DNA of 64,000 nt, taken from the NCBI GenBank assembly GCA_964016885.1, contig OZ024743.1, forward strand, positions 159,278,001 through 159,342,000, written 5' to 3'. The position numbers and the translations under genes were made by a program. The stretch comes from Eledone cirrhosa. Its lineage: Eukaryota. A model generated the notes under the pieces. That model saw only the letters and a list, made by a program, of their open reading frames with translations. It was not told the origin of the DNA and made no database searches. Shown piece by piece: positions 13,347-27,492 of the stretch; within the stretch, counting starts at the first letter, position 1, and the number at the start of each line of letters is the position of its first letter.

Positions 13347-13527
13347 TTTGGCAGTATCGGTAGAGGGTCGGACGCCATGCTTTGACGCATAGAGTTACGG
13401 CCTTTGCCATTCTGAGTTCAAATCCCGCCGAGGTTAACTTTGCCTTTCATCCTTACGGGGTCGATAAAATAAAGTACCAGTAATACACTGGGCAATTGCT
13501 GGCCTTGTGCCAAAAGTAGAAACAATT
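13347..13527 (+). mobile_element. tRNA-related SINE
   Basis: A-box-like TGGCAGTATCGG, B-box GAGTTCAAATCC, central GCCTTTCATCCTTACGGGGTCGATAAAATAAAGTACCAG, AT-rich tail. At least 6 copies or fragments occur in the window. Confidence 0.85.
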
Positions 13528-13745
13528 AATTTATAGATGTTAAACTACAAAACAAAAAGCGTTTTTGTGACGTCAGGGAAAATGTCTGGCGCCTGAGACA
13601 TGATTGAAACAAAGGAAATAAAGGAAGATAAAAGAAAGGAAGGGAAAGAGTAAGAAGAAAGTTAGATTTCGTGTTAAAAATGTAACACATTGTAATAAAT
13701 GGGGGAATAAGAGATAAACACGTTCGTCACACAAATCCTCCCCTC

Positions 13746-13814
<69 letters not shown>

Positions 13815-13979
13815 AACTTTAATTATATCTCATAAAATAATACAACTGGCTTTCTACAAAATACATATAGTTAGCACCCCAATCACTTAAATTGGGTTAT
13901 ACTAACATATAACCCAATGTTTGTTGAGTGAGATGGTTACCAGTCGGAGTTTAGCGTTAAGCTATCTCTGTTATTGTAT

Positions 13980-14015
<36 letters not shown>

Positions 14016-14428
14016 AAGAAAGAAGAGTAACGTGGTTGGCTGTACAATAAGGGCTTTATTTAAAGTATATATATATATATACATATATAAAACAAAGTCT
14101 TGAAGCATTGTGGAATGAGAAATACAAATTTAGATAAGTTTAGATATTTGGAAGCCCCACAATGCATGCAATATTAAAAGTGCCAAGGTAACAGGTGTTA
14201 TAGAGAATAAAATACTGAGTAAACAGTGAGGTCGTTTGTATTTTGCTTAAACAATTATATTAATCTCAAATATTTTCCATTCTCAAGAGCGGATTCGTCT
14301 ATAGATATTTCTTCTGATGAAGGACTAGCGGCCGAAAGATTAATACACTCTGCCTGCTATTTCAAGCGTTAAACTAATATATTCCTTCCATATAATTTAC
14401 CGTTTGTGTTGTTATTTCTGTTTACCTG

Positions 14429-14459
<31 letters not shown>

Positions 14460-15589
14460 CACCGTTATTGTTGCTAAAGGCAACACCTTCACCATTAATT
14501 GATTTGACAGGTGTTAATATCCCATTGATACCAACATCTTTTGACCAGAGCCTGACATTTGGCAGTAATGCATGAATCCTGTTTGTATAGATACATGCTT
14601 AGAATAAATGAACCCTTCAAGAGGGTGGGCGTTCGTGTGTAGGTGTGTGTGTGTGTGAGTGTGTGTACGTGATTGTGTATGTGAACCTTTATATTGTATC
14701 CTTGTATTATTGTGTATATATCTAAAAATATTGTTTTCAAAGGATCCCTGTTCTTTAAAATGTCTTGGATAATGATCCCCAACCATCCCCATAAACTACC
14801 ACCATCAACATCCCAACAACCAGAAAACATAAATATAATTGTTTTACAAGGACAGTCGGCTTTCCTGATAAAAGAGTTTTAGTCCCGTAGAAGGTATGTC
14901 TATATTTAACTTGATTTTTACACTTTATTAATGTATTGAGTACCTTACTAACTCTGGTTACCTCCGAGACTTGGATAAGCACCGGCCAGTCGTGTCACTG
15001 TGTTCTAGACAGAGTGTAGACTTTAGCTCTTTTATACTTTGTAAATTACTAATATAACTTATTCCAATATGAGGGTCCAATTGTTGGCCTTGTCAGTAAA
15101 TGAGTTTGTACTGTTTATTCCGATGACTGACCAGTATTTCTCTCAATATAAATGTATAAATTGACATCCATTTTGATAATCTTTGTTTTCTTGAAGCGAT
15201 GGTGCAGATAAATTGATGTATTATCAGTGAATTTACATCAAAAATGCAATTGATTTTAATGTTAATTGTGAATTAATTGTATTTTTATCTGCACTAAATC
15301 GAACCATATGTCGAAGCATATGTCGATTTGATGGATATCTTTGATTAATTTCCTCTAACCTTCTATTATGTTCTGTAATATTTTTGTCTTCAATTATCCT
15401 GACCTTACACAATGTCTCGTTGGTGTATTTTGACTTGCATGACTGGTGATAATTTAAATACATTGAGTATATACTGGTATATATGACTTAAATATGTGTG
15501 TGTGTGTGTATATGTGTGTGTGCGTGTGTGTGTAAGTTTGTGTGTGTATATGTGTAAGTGTGTTAATGTATGTATATATATATATATAT

Positions 15590-15778
15590 ATTTGCATGTA
15601 GAGATGCCCAAAAATACTAATTTCATTGTAAATTGAAAACAAAAAAGATACGCATTTAAGGACCCTCCGCAGAAGACGTGTTCATCATCCAATCAATCAA
15701 GAAGAAACCTGTATTTGATGGGTATATATTACCAGTTGAACCCGGTATCATTCGGAAACAGTCGTACTAATTTACGTA
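15590..15778 (+). repeat. Unclassified interspersed repeat
   Basis: An inverted homolog lies at ~17265-17480 and a partial inverted piece at ~15888-15950. Confidence 0.7.
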
Positions 15779-16108
15779 TATTTAGCGTTTTTGTTCATAA
15801 TTAATTAAACTAATTGATCTTTGGCTCTTAGTACCCTTCTTACTATATATCTTAATCAAATATCAACACGACCATTAATTATATGATAATTAGTATGTCT
15901 AATCAGAATGATACCAAGAGCGAATTGTTACATATATCCATCAAATACATATTCCATTATAGTTGATAGGATCATATATGTTACTTTTGACGAGGATCCA
16001 ATTATATCAATACATCGATTAAAGATGTTTATCATTTTTTTCAATTTACAAGGAAATTCTTATTTTCTCCCATGTTTACTTGCCTAAATATTAGGTATTA
16101 GGTATAAA

Positions 16109-16174
<66 letters not shown>

Positions 16175-16305
16175 GAGGTTATATTTAATTTGTTGGGATT
16201 CAACATGCTTAAACATTTTTATAACTCATATAAAGCACTCAACAAGTTAGTGGAGTAAATACACAATATATTAATAAATGGAAACTCTACTTATAAAACC
16301 ATAAT

Positions 16306-16371
16306 TATTTTATTATATATATTTCAAGGGCGACAAAGGTAAATTATGGTGCGCTTTCATCAGATAAAATA
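16306..16371 (-). ncRNA. Type I hammerhead (left arm)
   Basis: Reverse complement of 16529-16594. Confidence 0.7.
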
Positions 16372-16528
16372 CGGATTTGTTTTATAAATAAATATTGACA
16401 TACCCGGAAAAAAGACAACCTCAACGGTTGAAATTCGCTGGATACTGTATTGACTATCCAGCGAATTTCAACCGTTGAGGTTGTCTTTTTTTCCGGGTAT
16501 GTCAATATTTATTTATAAAACAAATCCG

Positions 16529-16594
16529 TATTTTATCTGATGAAAGCGCACCATAATTTACCTTTGTCGCCCTTGAAATATATATAATAAAATA
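16529..16594 (+). ncRNA. Type I hammerhead (right arm)
   Basis: TATTTTAT-CTGATGA-AAGCG...CGCCCTT-GAAAT-ATAT-ATA-ATAAAATA. 8-bp stem I, palindromic stem III, bulged stem II. Confidence 0.7.
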
Positions 16595-16719
16595 ATTATG
16601 ATTTTATAAATATAGTTTCCATTTATTAATATATTGTATATATATATATATATATAATTATATATATATATGTGTGTGTCTGTGTGTGTGTATGTGTGTG
16701 TGTGTGTTTGTGTCTATAT

Positions 16720-16885
16720 TGTATCTGTATTTTTGACCGTTGGTCAGTCAATGGCAACATTGAGGACTGGATAAATTAAATTAACCGATATAAAAGACAC
16801 AGAAGCGAAAACCAACCAAACAGTGAGTGTGTTCTGTTATTAATTCTGGCAATACTATTACACAAATATGACGCTCCCCAAGTAT

Positions 16886-16892
<7 letters not shown>
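16720..16892 (+). repeat. Unclassified short repeat in (TA)n
   Basis: A direct homolog lies at 51892-52068. Confidence 0.75.
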
Positions 16893-16947
<55 letters not shown>

Positions 16948-17030
16948 AGGCAGCGATTCTTTGCTTAATCTTTAATCTGTTATTTTAATAAATATATATA
17001 TATGAACCTGCAGTAACTCCAAGTTACACT

Positions 17031-17123
<93 letters not shown>

Positions 17124-18321
17124 AATATACATATATATATATATTTGTATATATATGTATGTGTATATAGGTATATCATCATCACCATCATCACCGTTTC
17201 ACGTCCATTCTTCCACGGCATCATGGGTTAAACGGGTTGTTGTTTTGTGAACGCTAATTATGAATAAATTAGTACGTCCATTTCAGAATGATACTGGGAT
17301 CAACTGGTATTATATACCCATCAAATACAGGTTTCTTTTTGATTGATCGCATGATAAAAACGTCTTCTGGGGAGGGTCCAATTAGATCCGAAAATCGATT
17401 AAATGCTTATCATTTCTTTTTAATTTACAATAGTATATTTTGGCATAACATTAGTATATTTTGGCATGTCTACATGCCAATATATATATATATATAGGTC
17501 AGCAAGCCTACATTAAAGTAAATGGTCCATTATTTCAAGCCCCAGGTTATCTCTTCAGTATATATAATAAACCCCATGACAGCTTTTACATGTCAATTTC
17601 ATACATCTGTTTCCTATCAGCTCATTTTACATGATAAAGTCATCAGTATACTCTATTTCTTACTTAGATTGATGTTGTGATTATTTTAACTATTTACTCT
17701 CTAGCTAATTTATTTGAGTATTGTTATTATTGTTCTGATTCAATGCCACTACTATATATAGAAGCCATGCCTGTGTATTTCCTTCATTCTCGCACGCGCT
17801 GATGAACTGACTGGTTACAACAAATTTTGGTGATCGATTGACGCAAAAACAGGTGGGTAGCGATCTCTAGAACTACCAGTTCAGAGAAACCATTGTCAGC
17901 AATGTGAATAAAGCGCTTATTGTATAGCAAACCATGTCACTCTTCTTTCTTGATTTATTATTACTCCAAGTGAAAACAACATAGAAATCACCGCGTACTC
18001 GCAGCATCACTATGGAAACGTCTTGTTGAGTCAAACTTAGCCAAGCGTTAATACTATCCACTACTCGGAGTACCCTAACTGGACTACATCTAAGTGGACT
18101 ACCTATAACAATAATTTGTTATCCCGTATAGATATATATAGATATATATATATGTATATATTTGTATTGTTATACATTGTGTGGGTCATGCTGGCAATAA
18201 AAACACACGCACATGTTGGCGTTGGACAGAACGAAGGAGAGACACAAAATAAAAACCTAGTCACTGTGGAGGTTACGTAATGTGTGATGAAAGAACTTTA
18301 ACATATATATATATATATATC

Positions 18322-19215
18322 ATCATTATCATTATCACTATTTTACGTCCATTGTTCCACGCCAGCAAGGGTTAGACAGCTTGTCCTGAATTTGTCTTGA
18401 TTTCTATAGCTGGATGTCCTTCCTAACACCTACCTCATTTACAGTGAGTACTGGATGCTTTTGTTCATGAACACTTTACAGTGTGGGCTGGGTGTTTTTT
18501 TGTCATGACACCTACACGACTGGTTTACAATTGGAGGGTGAGGGGTCATAATATCTATATTCTTAAGTTTCGGCTTGTACCCGTGGGAAGACGCGTCTTC
18601 TGTATTACTGCGTGCGTAACGACAGAGATCTTGGTCCTGTGTCATCGCCTTTGAGAGATTGAGTTTGGCAAGATCAGCTTTTATCACCTCATCCCTTGTC
18701 TTCTTTGGTCTCCCCACTCCAAGGCTTACCCTAACGTTTAGTGTTCTTCACCTTTTTATGCAGCTGTCATCCTTCATACGCATCACATGTCTATACCAAC
18801 GTAATCTCCTCTTCTGCACGCAGCATTTGATTCCTCTTGTGCTTAGTCTCTCTCTCAATTACAATTACACATCCATCGGAGCATGCTAGCTTCATATCTT
18901 TCCAATCTAAGCAAGTCTTCCGCATACAACGCCCAGGCCTCACTACCATGCAACATTGCTGCTCGTATGCATTCATCATACAGTCTGCCTTTCATTTTGA
19001 GGGATAAGCTTTTGCAACTAGCAGTGGTAGTAGCTCCCTGAACTTCTTCTATCCCATTTTTACCCTGGCTACTGTTATTTTAGAACACCCTCCTCCGCTG
19101 CTAATTCAGACACCGAGGTAGCAGAGGCTGTCTACTGCTTCTACAGAGCCCTCCTAGAATTTGGTAGTGATTGTTTCCTGGGGTCGTCTGCTGCTTACTG
19201 TCCCGGTGAATCTGG
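18322..19215 (-). mobile_element. RTE-clade LINE 3' relic
   Basis: Minus-strand fragments YLGV, RLYDECIRAAMLHGSEAW, LERYEASMLRWMC and GRPKKTRDEVIKADL. The 3' tail is (GAT/AAT)n. A matching tail-only fragment lies at ~17176-17236. Confidence 0.8.
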
Positions 19216-19259
19216 TACTTGTAAAGTCTACATTCTTATTTATATGTATGTAATATATA

Positions 19260-20556
19260 TATATGGAGAATAGGATGGCTGTGTAATTGCTAGTAAAGTT
19301 AGGCTGAAAAATGGAATGAGATTAAGAAAAAAGCAAGAACGGCGGTGGGGAGTTTTCCTCATCAGTTGTCTACTGGGGGTCTCAGATATTTCAACGCGTT
19401 AAAGACAATATATCTATTGGGAAAACGGAGGAGGGAGAGGAGAAATATAGAAGAGAAACGAGGACAAGGGAAGAAAAGGGAAACAGCGAAAAAAACAACA
19501 AACCGAAGTTTGTGCAGCAACTGAAGGCAAGAGAATCCAAGACCACAGCGATAACAGAACTTAAGTTCAAGAGCGTGTGATCGAACGAAAAGACACGACT
19601 GACCCCAGTTAGAAAAGGACTGCTAGAAAGTCAGGTGAGGGAAACGAAGAGGTGGCAGACAGAGAGAGGGGGAATGAAAATGAGAGGGAGAAAGGGAGAG
19701 GAAGAAAGAGGGGGAAGAGTAGATAGTATCGAAATAGGTGGATTCTCTTGCCTTCAGTTGCTGCACATTCTTCGATTTGTTGTTTTTTCGCTGTTTCCCT
19801 TTTCTTCCCTTTTCCCCTTTTCCCTTCTATTTTCCTTCTCTCCCGCCTCCGTTTTCCCAATAACTTACCCAGTTATTGAACGCTCTTGGGGTAGATATAT
19901 TGTCTTTAATGCGTTGAAATATCCGAGAACCCCAGTAGACAACTGATGAGGAATTCTAACCCGCCTCCCCTCCGCGTCCTTGCTTTCTTCTTAATCTCAT
20001 TCCATTTTTAAGCTTAACTTTACTAGCAACTCGACAGCCATCCGATTCTCCATATATTTTATCATGTTTCGATATGACCCGTCTTCTCTCTCCTTCTACC
20101 TACTATTTTGTTACTATCTACTCTTCCCCCTCTTTCTTCCCCTCCCTTTCATTCCCCCTCTCTCTGCCTGCCACCTCATTGTTTCCCTCACCTGACCTTC
20201 TAGCGGTCCTTTTCTCACTTACACTCGCTTGGGTCAGTCGCGTCTTTTTTCGTTCGATCACACGCTCTTGAACTTATGTTCTGTTACCGCTGTGGTCTTG
20301 GATTCTCTTGCCTTCAGTTTTTAAACATTGTTCGGTTTGTTGTTTTTTTTAACTGTTTCCCTTTTCTTCCCTTTTCAGCTTTTCTCTTCTATTTTCCTTC
20401 TCTCCCTCCTCCGTTTTTCCAATAACTTACCCGGTTATTGAACGCTCTGGGGGAGATATATTGTCTTTAAAGCGTTGAAATATCCGAGATCCCCAGTAGA
20501 CAACTTATGAGGAAACTTCTTGCTTTCTTCTTATTCTCATTCTATGTTTAATCTTA
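19260..20556. mobile_element. Three-copy inverted plus tandem cluster of a non-coding repeat (probable PLE 3' region)
   Basis: 19260-19735 is the reverse complement of 20100-20550. 19740-20055 is a further + copy. Flanked by (TA)n. Contains split HHR core words. Confidence 0.75.
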
Positions 20557-20560
20557 TATA

Positions 20561-20607
<47 letters not shown>

Positions 20608-20784
20608 CGAGGGAAAAGTGGTAAGGAACCAGGTGGACCATAACGCACCAAAGTACTCAATACTTAGGGCAGTAGAGTGGGTAATAGGAGTAAGTAAGAC
20701 CCCGACGGCTGAGCTCAAGCCGTTTCGACGTACAGAATTAGCCGTCGAAACGGCTTGAGCTCAGCCGTCGGGGTCTTACTTACT

Positions 20785-20790
<6 letters not shown>
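20608..20790. mobile_element. Head-to-head PLE 3' fragments (22-24 kb family) in (TA)n
   Basis: Minus copy 20608-20730 is joined to plus copy 20733-20790. Confidence 0.85.
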
Positions 20791-20832
<42 letters not shown>

Positions 20833-21478
20833 TCTAGGGCGGGTAAAATTCCCGAGATCCATGGACGAGTTCTCTCCAGCGGTCTCTGTCCCTCATTATC
20901 GCTGCCATGTCCTGCGTCTCCAACAGACCAGTGTCTGTCCTTAGGGCATCAACATACGTTAACCTTGGTCTTCCTCTTCCAGTGTGTCGATGTAGGGGCT
21001 CCCACTGGATGTCGGTGAGAATGCCCAGCTAACCTCAGTCTCCTCTGTCACTGCTTGATGAAGATCTTACAGGCTTACACGAACACCAAAGCCCAAGTCA
21101 TTACACCTGATGGGATGACAGAGTTCTTTGAGATACTGGCTGGAGTGCTCCATGGAGTTACATTGGCTCCCTACCTTTTTATCATCGTTGTGGACTATTG
21201 TATGCGCCTTGCACTGGAGAAACACCAGGACTCTGGCTTTACTGTAGCACCGGCTCAGAGCATGAGAGTTAAGGCGAAAAAGATATCGGATGCTGAATTT
21301 GCCGTCGACATAGTTTTGGTGTCAAATACAATGAAGGAGACAGATGATTTGATGTAGGAGGTTGAGATTGTGTCGATGAGTGTGGGGCTGAGAATGAATG
21401 AGACTAAAACAAATTATCTGGTAGATAATGTTGAGAAGCCAGAGGGGATCTCTAATGTAGGCGGGAAGCCGCTAGAAT
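20833..21478. mobile_element. RTE-like LINE fragment with internal inversion
   Basis: 20833-21052 (-) gives QRRLRLAGHSHRHP / GRGRPRLTYVDALRTDTGL (C-terminus). 21055-21478 (+) gives RT motifs AGVLHGVTLAPYLFIIVVDY, EFAVDIVL and GLRMNETKT. Confidence 0.8.
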
Positions 21479-21479
21479 G

Positions 21480-21561
<82 letters not shown>

Positions 21562-21663
21562 AATACGTATATTTCTATGTATTAATCAATTCATAGATGA
21601 ATATTTGAACCATAGATAGATGGATAAGTAGATAGTTAACTAACTGTTGCGTAACCACTTATA

Positions 21664-21747
<84 letters not shown>

Positions 21748-21787
21748 TTCAAAATATTAATAAATATAGACATTCACGTAATCAAAA

Positions 21788-21857
21788 TATATTTTATTAT
21801 ATATATTTCGGTGGTACTGTGGTGTTTTTACAGTACGTCCTCATCAGATAAAATATA
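21788..21857 (-). ncRNA. Type I hammerhead ribozyme, best-preserved copy
   Basis: TATATTTTAT-CTGATGA-GG ac GTACTGT aaaaacacc ACAGTAC ca CC-GAAAT-ATAT-ATA-ATAAAATATA. 10-bp stem I, G-C closed stem II, intact core. It lies in a diverged relative (21750-21905) of the 16.3 kb family. Confidence 0.85.
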
Positions 21858-21909
21858 TAAATTGATGTATGACATACCTCAACTGTGCTGATGGTTCAAT
21901 TCCAGTCTT

Positions 21910-21959
<50 letters not shown>

Positions 21960-21961
21960 GT

Positions 21962-22071
<110 letters not shown>

Positions 22072-22115
22072 ATATATATATTTTTATAATATATATATAT
22101 ATATTTTTATATATA

Positions 22116-22179
<64 letters not shown>

Positions 22180-22335
22180 TATATATATATATATATATAT
22201 ATTTTTATATATATATTTTTATATATATATATATATATATATAACGAAGGAAATGTGGTAAGGAACCAGGTGGACCATAACGCACCAAAATACTCAATAC
22301 TTGAGGTAGTAGAGTGGGTAATAGGAACCAGTAAG

Positions 22336-22429
22336 ACCCCGACAGCTGAGCTCAAGCCGTTTCGACGGCTAATTCTGGACTAAATGAAAATTTATCCTGG
22401 TATTTAAATAGCCGATCTTCTCAAGGGGT
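22336..22429 (-). ncRNA. Type I hammerhead, U3-A8 core (left arm)
   Basis: Reverse complement of 24709-24802. The inner stem II hairpin is GGATAAAT-tttc-ATTTAgTCC. Confidence 0.8.
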
Positions 22430-23573
22430 AATTCCATATATGGTCAAAGTGATTGTCAAAAATCAGTAGTAATTCTGTGGTTGCAAATTAGTAGGGGAGA
22501 TGGTGGCTAAACCTGCCAGTAGGAGAAAGAGGGGAGGGGGTGGAGTAGCCCCAATCAAGCGTTTGTAGTGCCAGCTACAGCTGGGCATGAGGTCAAAGAA
22601 GATACAGGGGAGGGGGAGGGGGAGGAAGTCGGAACGGTAGGTAGAACAATGGGGGTAGAAATATATAGGAATGAAAAAATACTGAGAGTGAAGAAAAGCA
22701 AATAAGTGTAAAGAAAAACAAATGAGTGTAAAGAAAAAAGTAAAGTAAATTAAATTCTACGACCTAGGTCTCTAGCTATTGTTAGTCTAGAATAAATAAA
22801 TAAATAAATAAAGAAAGAAGTATGGAAGAAATAAAGAAATAACGAAATAAGTAAAAGAACTAGGTGGGACGGTATAGGCGAGGACCCTTTTAAGAGGTAT
22901 AAGTACGTAAATGATACGGTGACGGGTCAACAAAAGGGGCCAAAATACTAAAGAGACTACCACGAAATAAACAATAAAGGTTTCCATCCCGGGCACAATT
23001 CCGGCAACCACCCAGTGCAGCAAAGTGAACTAATACGAGATAATAATTCTGAGTCCCGAGAAAAATATATACTAATGCTAACTCTAAAAGATCTAAAACA
23101 AGCTACATGAAAGTTCGTACGAAGTAAAGGTAGAATACGGAAGAATAAATTCAGAATCCACCCCGCCCAAAAGAAAAGCGAAGAAAGAAATACTGAAACG
23201 AAAAAATAAGGCATAAGTGCCACTAAGAAATATAGAGGGCACAGAGAATAGTGGGAGCGGTCGGAAAAAGGGGACAAGTAACGGGGTCTAAACCAACTGC
23301 TATAAAGGGCGGAGTCCGCCAAATCTATCCTAGACTAGGGGAGGGGGTGGGGGTACTAAGGCTACAAGGGGCCAAAGGGCAGCCTTGGGTGGGCGAGAAA
23401 AGACGCCGACAAAGGAGAAGAGCTGGGGTAGAAGGACTAAGGAGAGAGGGGGGAAGGAGGGAAGGAAGGAAATAAATGAAGCGATAAAAGAATACGAAGA
23501 AGATCTTACGTCTCCCTTGGCAAGCAGGGGTTACCCATTGCAAAATCGGCAAGTGGGGTGTTATAGCCCTAGT

Positions 23574-23780
23574 CTACCCCCCCGGGTCATTATGGGGTTT
23601 GAGGGCGAGGTAAGTCCTACGCAATCTATGTTTACATGCAGTAACCAGTTCATCTTTCTTGTTTAGGAGTTGGTCCGTCGAAAACAGCATTTGTAAAGTT
23701 TCCTCCGAGCATAAATTGCACGGACGGCGTCCTCCCGTGTAAGAATTGGCTCTGGATAGTAATCTCCAAGTGAGATCATA
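23574..23780 (-). pseudogene. C-terminal 68 codons of PLE GIY-YIG endonuclease (not in ORF track)
   Basis: Open frame YDLTWRLLSRANSYTGGRRPCNLCSEETLQMLFSTDQLLNKKDELVTACKHRLRRTYLALKPHNDPGG*. It has the W..A.SY..CxxC..E..LLNK..EL..CxH pattern also seen at 11270-11480. Confidence 0.85.
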
Positions 23781-24708
23781 GGTACCCCCACCCCCTCCCC
23801 TAGTCTAGGATAGATTTGGCGGACTCCGCCCTTTATAGCAGTTGGTTTAGACCCCGTTACTTGTCCCCTTTTTCCGACCGCTCCCACTATTCTCTGTGCC
23901 CTCTATATTTCTTAGTGGCACTTATGCCTTATTTTTTCGTTTCAGTATTTCTTTCTTCGCTTTTCTTTTGGGCGGGGTGGATTCTGAATTTATTCTTCCG
24001 TATTCTACCTTTACTTCGTACGAACTTTCATGTAGCTTGTTTTAGATCTTTTAGAGTTAGCATTAGTATATATTTTTCTCGGGACTCAGAATTATTATCT
24101 CGTATTAGTTCACTTTGCTGCACTGGGTGGTTGCCGGAATTGTGCCCGGGATGGAAACCTTTATTGTTTATTTCGTGGTAGTCTCTTTAGTATTTTGGCC
24201 CCTTTTGTTGACCCGTCACCGTATCATTTACGTACTTATACCTCTTAAAAGGGTCCTCGCCTATACCGTCCCACCTAGTTCTTTTACTTATTTCGTTATT
24301 TCTTTATTTCTTCCATACTTCTTTCTTTCTTTATTTATTTATTTATTCTAGACTAACAATAGCTTGAGACCTAGGTCGTAGAATTTAATTTACTTTACTT
24401 TTTTCTTTACACTCATTTGTTTTTCTTTACACTTATTTGCTTTTCTTCACTCTCAGTATTTTTTCATTCCTATATATTTCTACCCCCATTGTTCTACCTA
24501 CCGTTCCGACTTCCTCCCCCTCCCCCTCCCCTGTATCTTCTTTGACCTCATGCCCAGCTGTAGCTGGCACTACAAACGCTTGATTGGGGCTACTCCACCC
24601 CCTCCCCTCTTTCTCCTACTGGCAGGTTTAGCCACCATCTCCCCTACTAATTTGCAACCACAGAATTACTATTGATTTTTGACAATCACTTTGACCATAT
24701 ATGGAATT

Positions 24709-24802
24709 ACCCCTTGAGAAGATCGGCTATTTAAATACCAGGATAACTTTTCATTTAGTCCAGAATTAGCCGTCGAAACGGCTTGAGCTCAGCTGTCGGG
24801 GT
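24709..24802 (+). ncRNA. Type I hammerhead, U3-A8 core (right arm)
   Basis: ACCCC-TTGAGAA-GA(T)CGGCTA...TAGCCGTC-GAA-ACGGCT tgagctc AGCTGT-C-GGGGT. GUC cleavage site at 24795-24797. A distal GGAA/TTCC pairing can extend stem I. Confidence 0.8.
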
Positions 24803-24814
24803 CTTACTGGTTCC

Positions 24815-24914
<100 letters not shown>

Positions 24915-24918
24915 TATT

Positions 24919-25295
<377 letters not shown>

Positions 25296-25309
25296 ATATA
25301 TATATATTT

Positions 25310-25395
<86 letters not shown>

Positions 25396-25439
25396 GAAAA
25401 GTGTAATTTTCTACACAAAACGAAGGTTATAGAGAAAAT

Positions 25440-25558
<119 letters not shown>

Positions 25559-25573
25559 GAGAGAGAGAGAGAT

Positions 25574-25647
<74 letters not shown>

Positions 25648-26559
25648 GGGTGGGGGTGGGGATAAAAAAAGGTGGAATTGTGAGGAAAAGAGAACAAAAT
25701 ATAAGAGAAATTTCGAAGGTGGAGGAAAAAGAGGAACTGATGACTGAAATCTTGTTAATTTTACGACAATTTAAAGAAACGGAAACAGCAGGATGGGATA
25801 ATATATTTATTCATGGAAGAATAGAAGACACGAATAAGAAATATTATCAACATCAATAACCAGAAGAACTGACCCCCCCCCCCCGCCCATGTGATTTCTT
25901 GCCATGTTAGAAATACCAGGAAAGTTTCTTTAAAATACCCCAAGCTTTTTTTAATGGACGGGAGGATACAATAGCCACCATATTCAGTGAACAATGTCTT
26001 TGAAAAAAACAAAAAAAAAAAAACAAGATCAAAAGACCTATGGCTGGAACATATATTATCGGGCAGAGTCTTATACAGTCAATACTAACCTAAAGTTGAG
26101 AGTATACAACAATAAATACAAGAAACATTGTAACAGATTGCAAGAGAAATACGAATATTTTATGTTGTATTCAGTTTAATCGTTACGCTTTGAAACTAAT
26201 ATTCATTCAGTATCGATGAAGAGAATAAATGTCAGAAATATACATTGTTGCATGAGATCCATCTTGTGTCGACATAAGCCAAAGATCCCATGACAATGGA
26301 GTTAAGACGTTTAACAAATCGTACAATTTTATCATCGTAACTGGACAATGCGGTACCAATAGAGCATCTGTATATATAGAAAATAATTCATAATAAATCA
26401 CCAAACAATTAATTACATTTTTATTCACGATACATGACGTGCCTGTGGCTAAGACATGTGCCTTACCATATTCATCTATATCTATAAAAATACATGAATG
26501 CCATGACTATAATTTCCATTCTTCCAGGATATTGTACGGCTTAAAATCCATTGCTAGCT

Positions 26560-26640
26560 ATGATATAACTTAGAGGTAGCACCTATGTAGGATTGTGTAT
26601 TGTCCTTAGTAACTACTTTACATTTATATACTAGTATATA
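26560..26640 (-). pseudogene. Short GIY-YIG motif fragment (PLE)
   Basis: LVYKCKVVTKDNTQSYIGATS parallels LVYKCNVKT..NYVGSTS at 11.6 kb. It abuts (TTC)n at 26645-26727. Confidence 0.7.
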
Positions 26641-27492
26641 AACGTCTTCTTCTTCTTCTTCTTCTTCTTCTTCTTCTTCTTCTTCTTCTTCTTCTTCTTC
26701 TTCTTCTTCTTCTTCTTCTTCTTCTTGTATCTTTGGTTGGTAAATCGATGTATCGTTATGGAATGAGATGTATGGAAAAGTAAAATATTTCGATTGGATT
26801 TGGGAAATTTTAGCTAGTAAATTGAAATGTGTACGAACCATTCATTTATGGCAATTACATTACAGGAAAAGTGATGTGCAAACAACTTTGTCGAAGTTGT
26901 TACATCATCTTTCTCAAACCCTACTTAATTGCATAGCTTAGCAGTATAATTTATATATTAAAGGCTTTTTTTTCGTTTGGCTGATTACAAGTAATGTCTT
27001 CTAAAATTATAATCTTTATTATCACGAACAACCTTGTTCAGATTTTACGGTTGGCAAACAAGGAGATTTATCATCTTAACCAATATTTGAGTCAAATTGA
27101 ATCCACACCAGCAATTTGATTCATAGTATATTTATAATGATTTTGCTTTACTGTGATCCATCAAGCTTAATCTACATTATAATATATAATCAGTATCATC
27201 ATCACTTTCATCCTATTCAAAATCATCCGCATCAATATTTTTCCGTAAAAGATTAGCTTTACTTCATGGTTCAATAAGTCTTTCCCAAAAGAAGCATGGC
27301 TAATACAAAATCCGTATCCACGACCCCCCTAAATTATACGGTTCTGTCCCAAAACCATAAAAAATTGACCGAGATACATTGTAGAATCACGTTCATAATG
27401 TTCTGAGTTGAAAAGTTATCGGATGTCAAAATACCTCCCCAGTCTTATGTGATTGAACTATAATCAGTAATGCGTTGCATCGATGTTGCAAC

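Larger units (their letters stand above)
16263..16637. mobile_element. Palindromic HHR element: ~182-bp near-identical arms, 10-bp spacer
   Basis: 16263-16444 is the reverse complement of 16455-16637, and each arm carries a hammerhead. Confidence 0.92.

Noticed and set aside
13347-13430. tRNA gene
   Set aside because: A- and B-box-like words are present but there is no cloverleaf. It is a SINE head.
17795-17866. CTGATGA motif; also 17515-17560 (-), 25737 and 30437
   Set aside because: GAAA or stems I/II could not be formed convincingly.
22787-24351. Mirrored 121-aa and 78-aa ORFs
   Set aside because: They are shadow ORFs in the non-coding PLE arms, duplicated by the inversion. The real coding remnant is 23574-23780.
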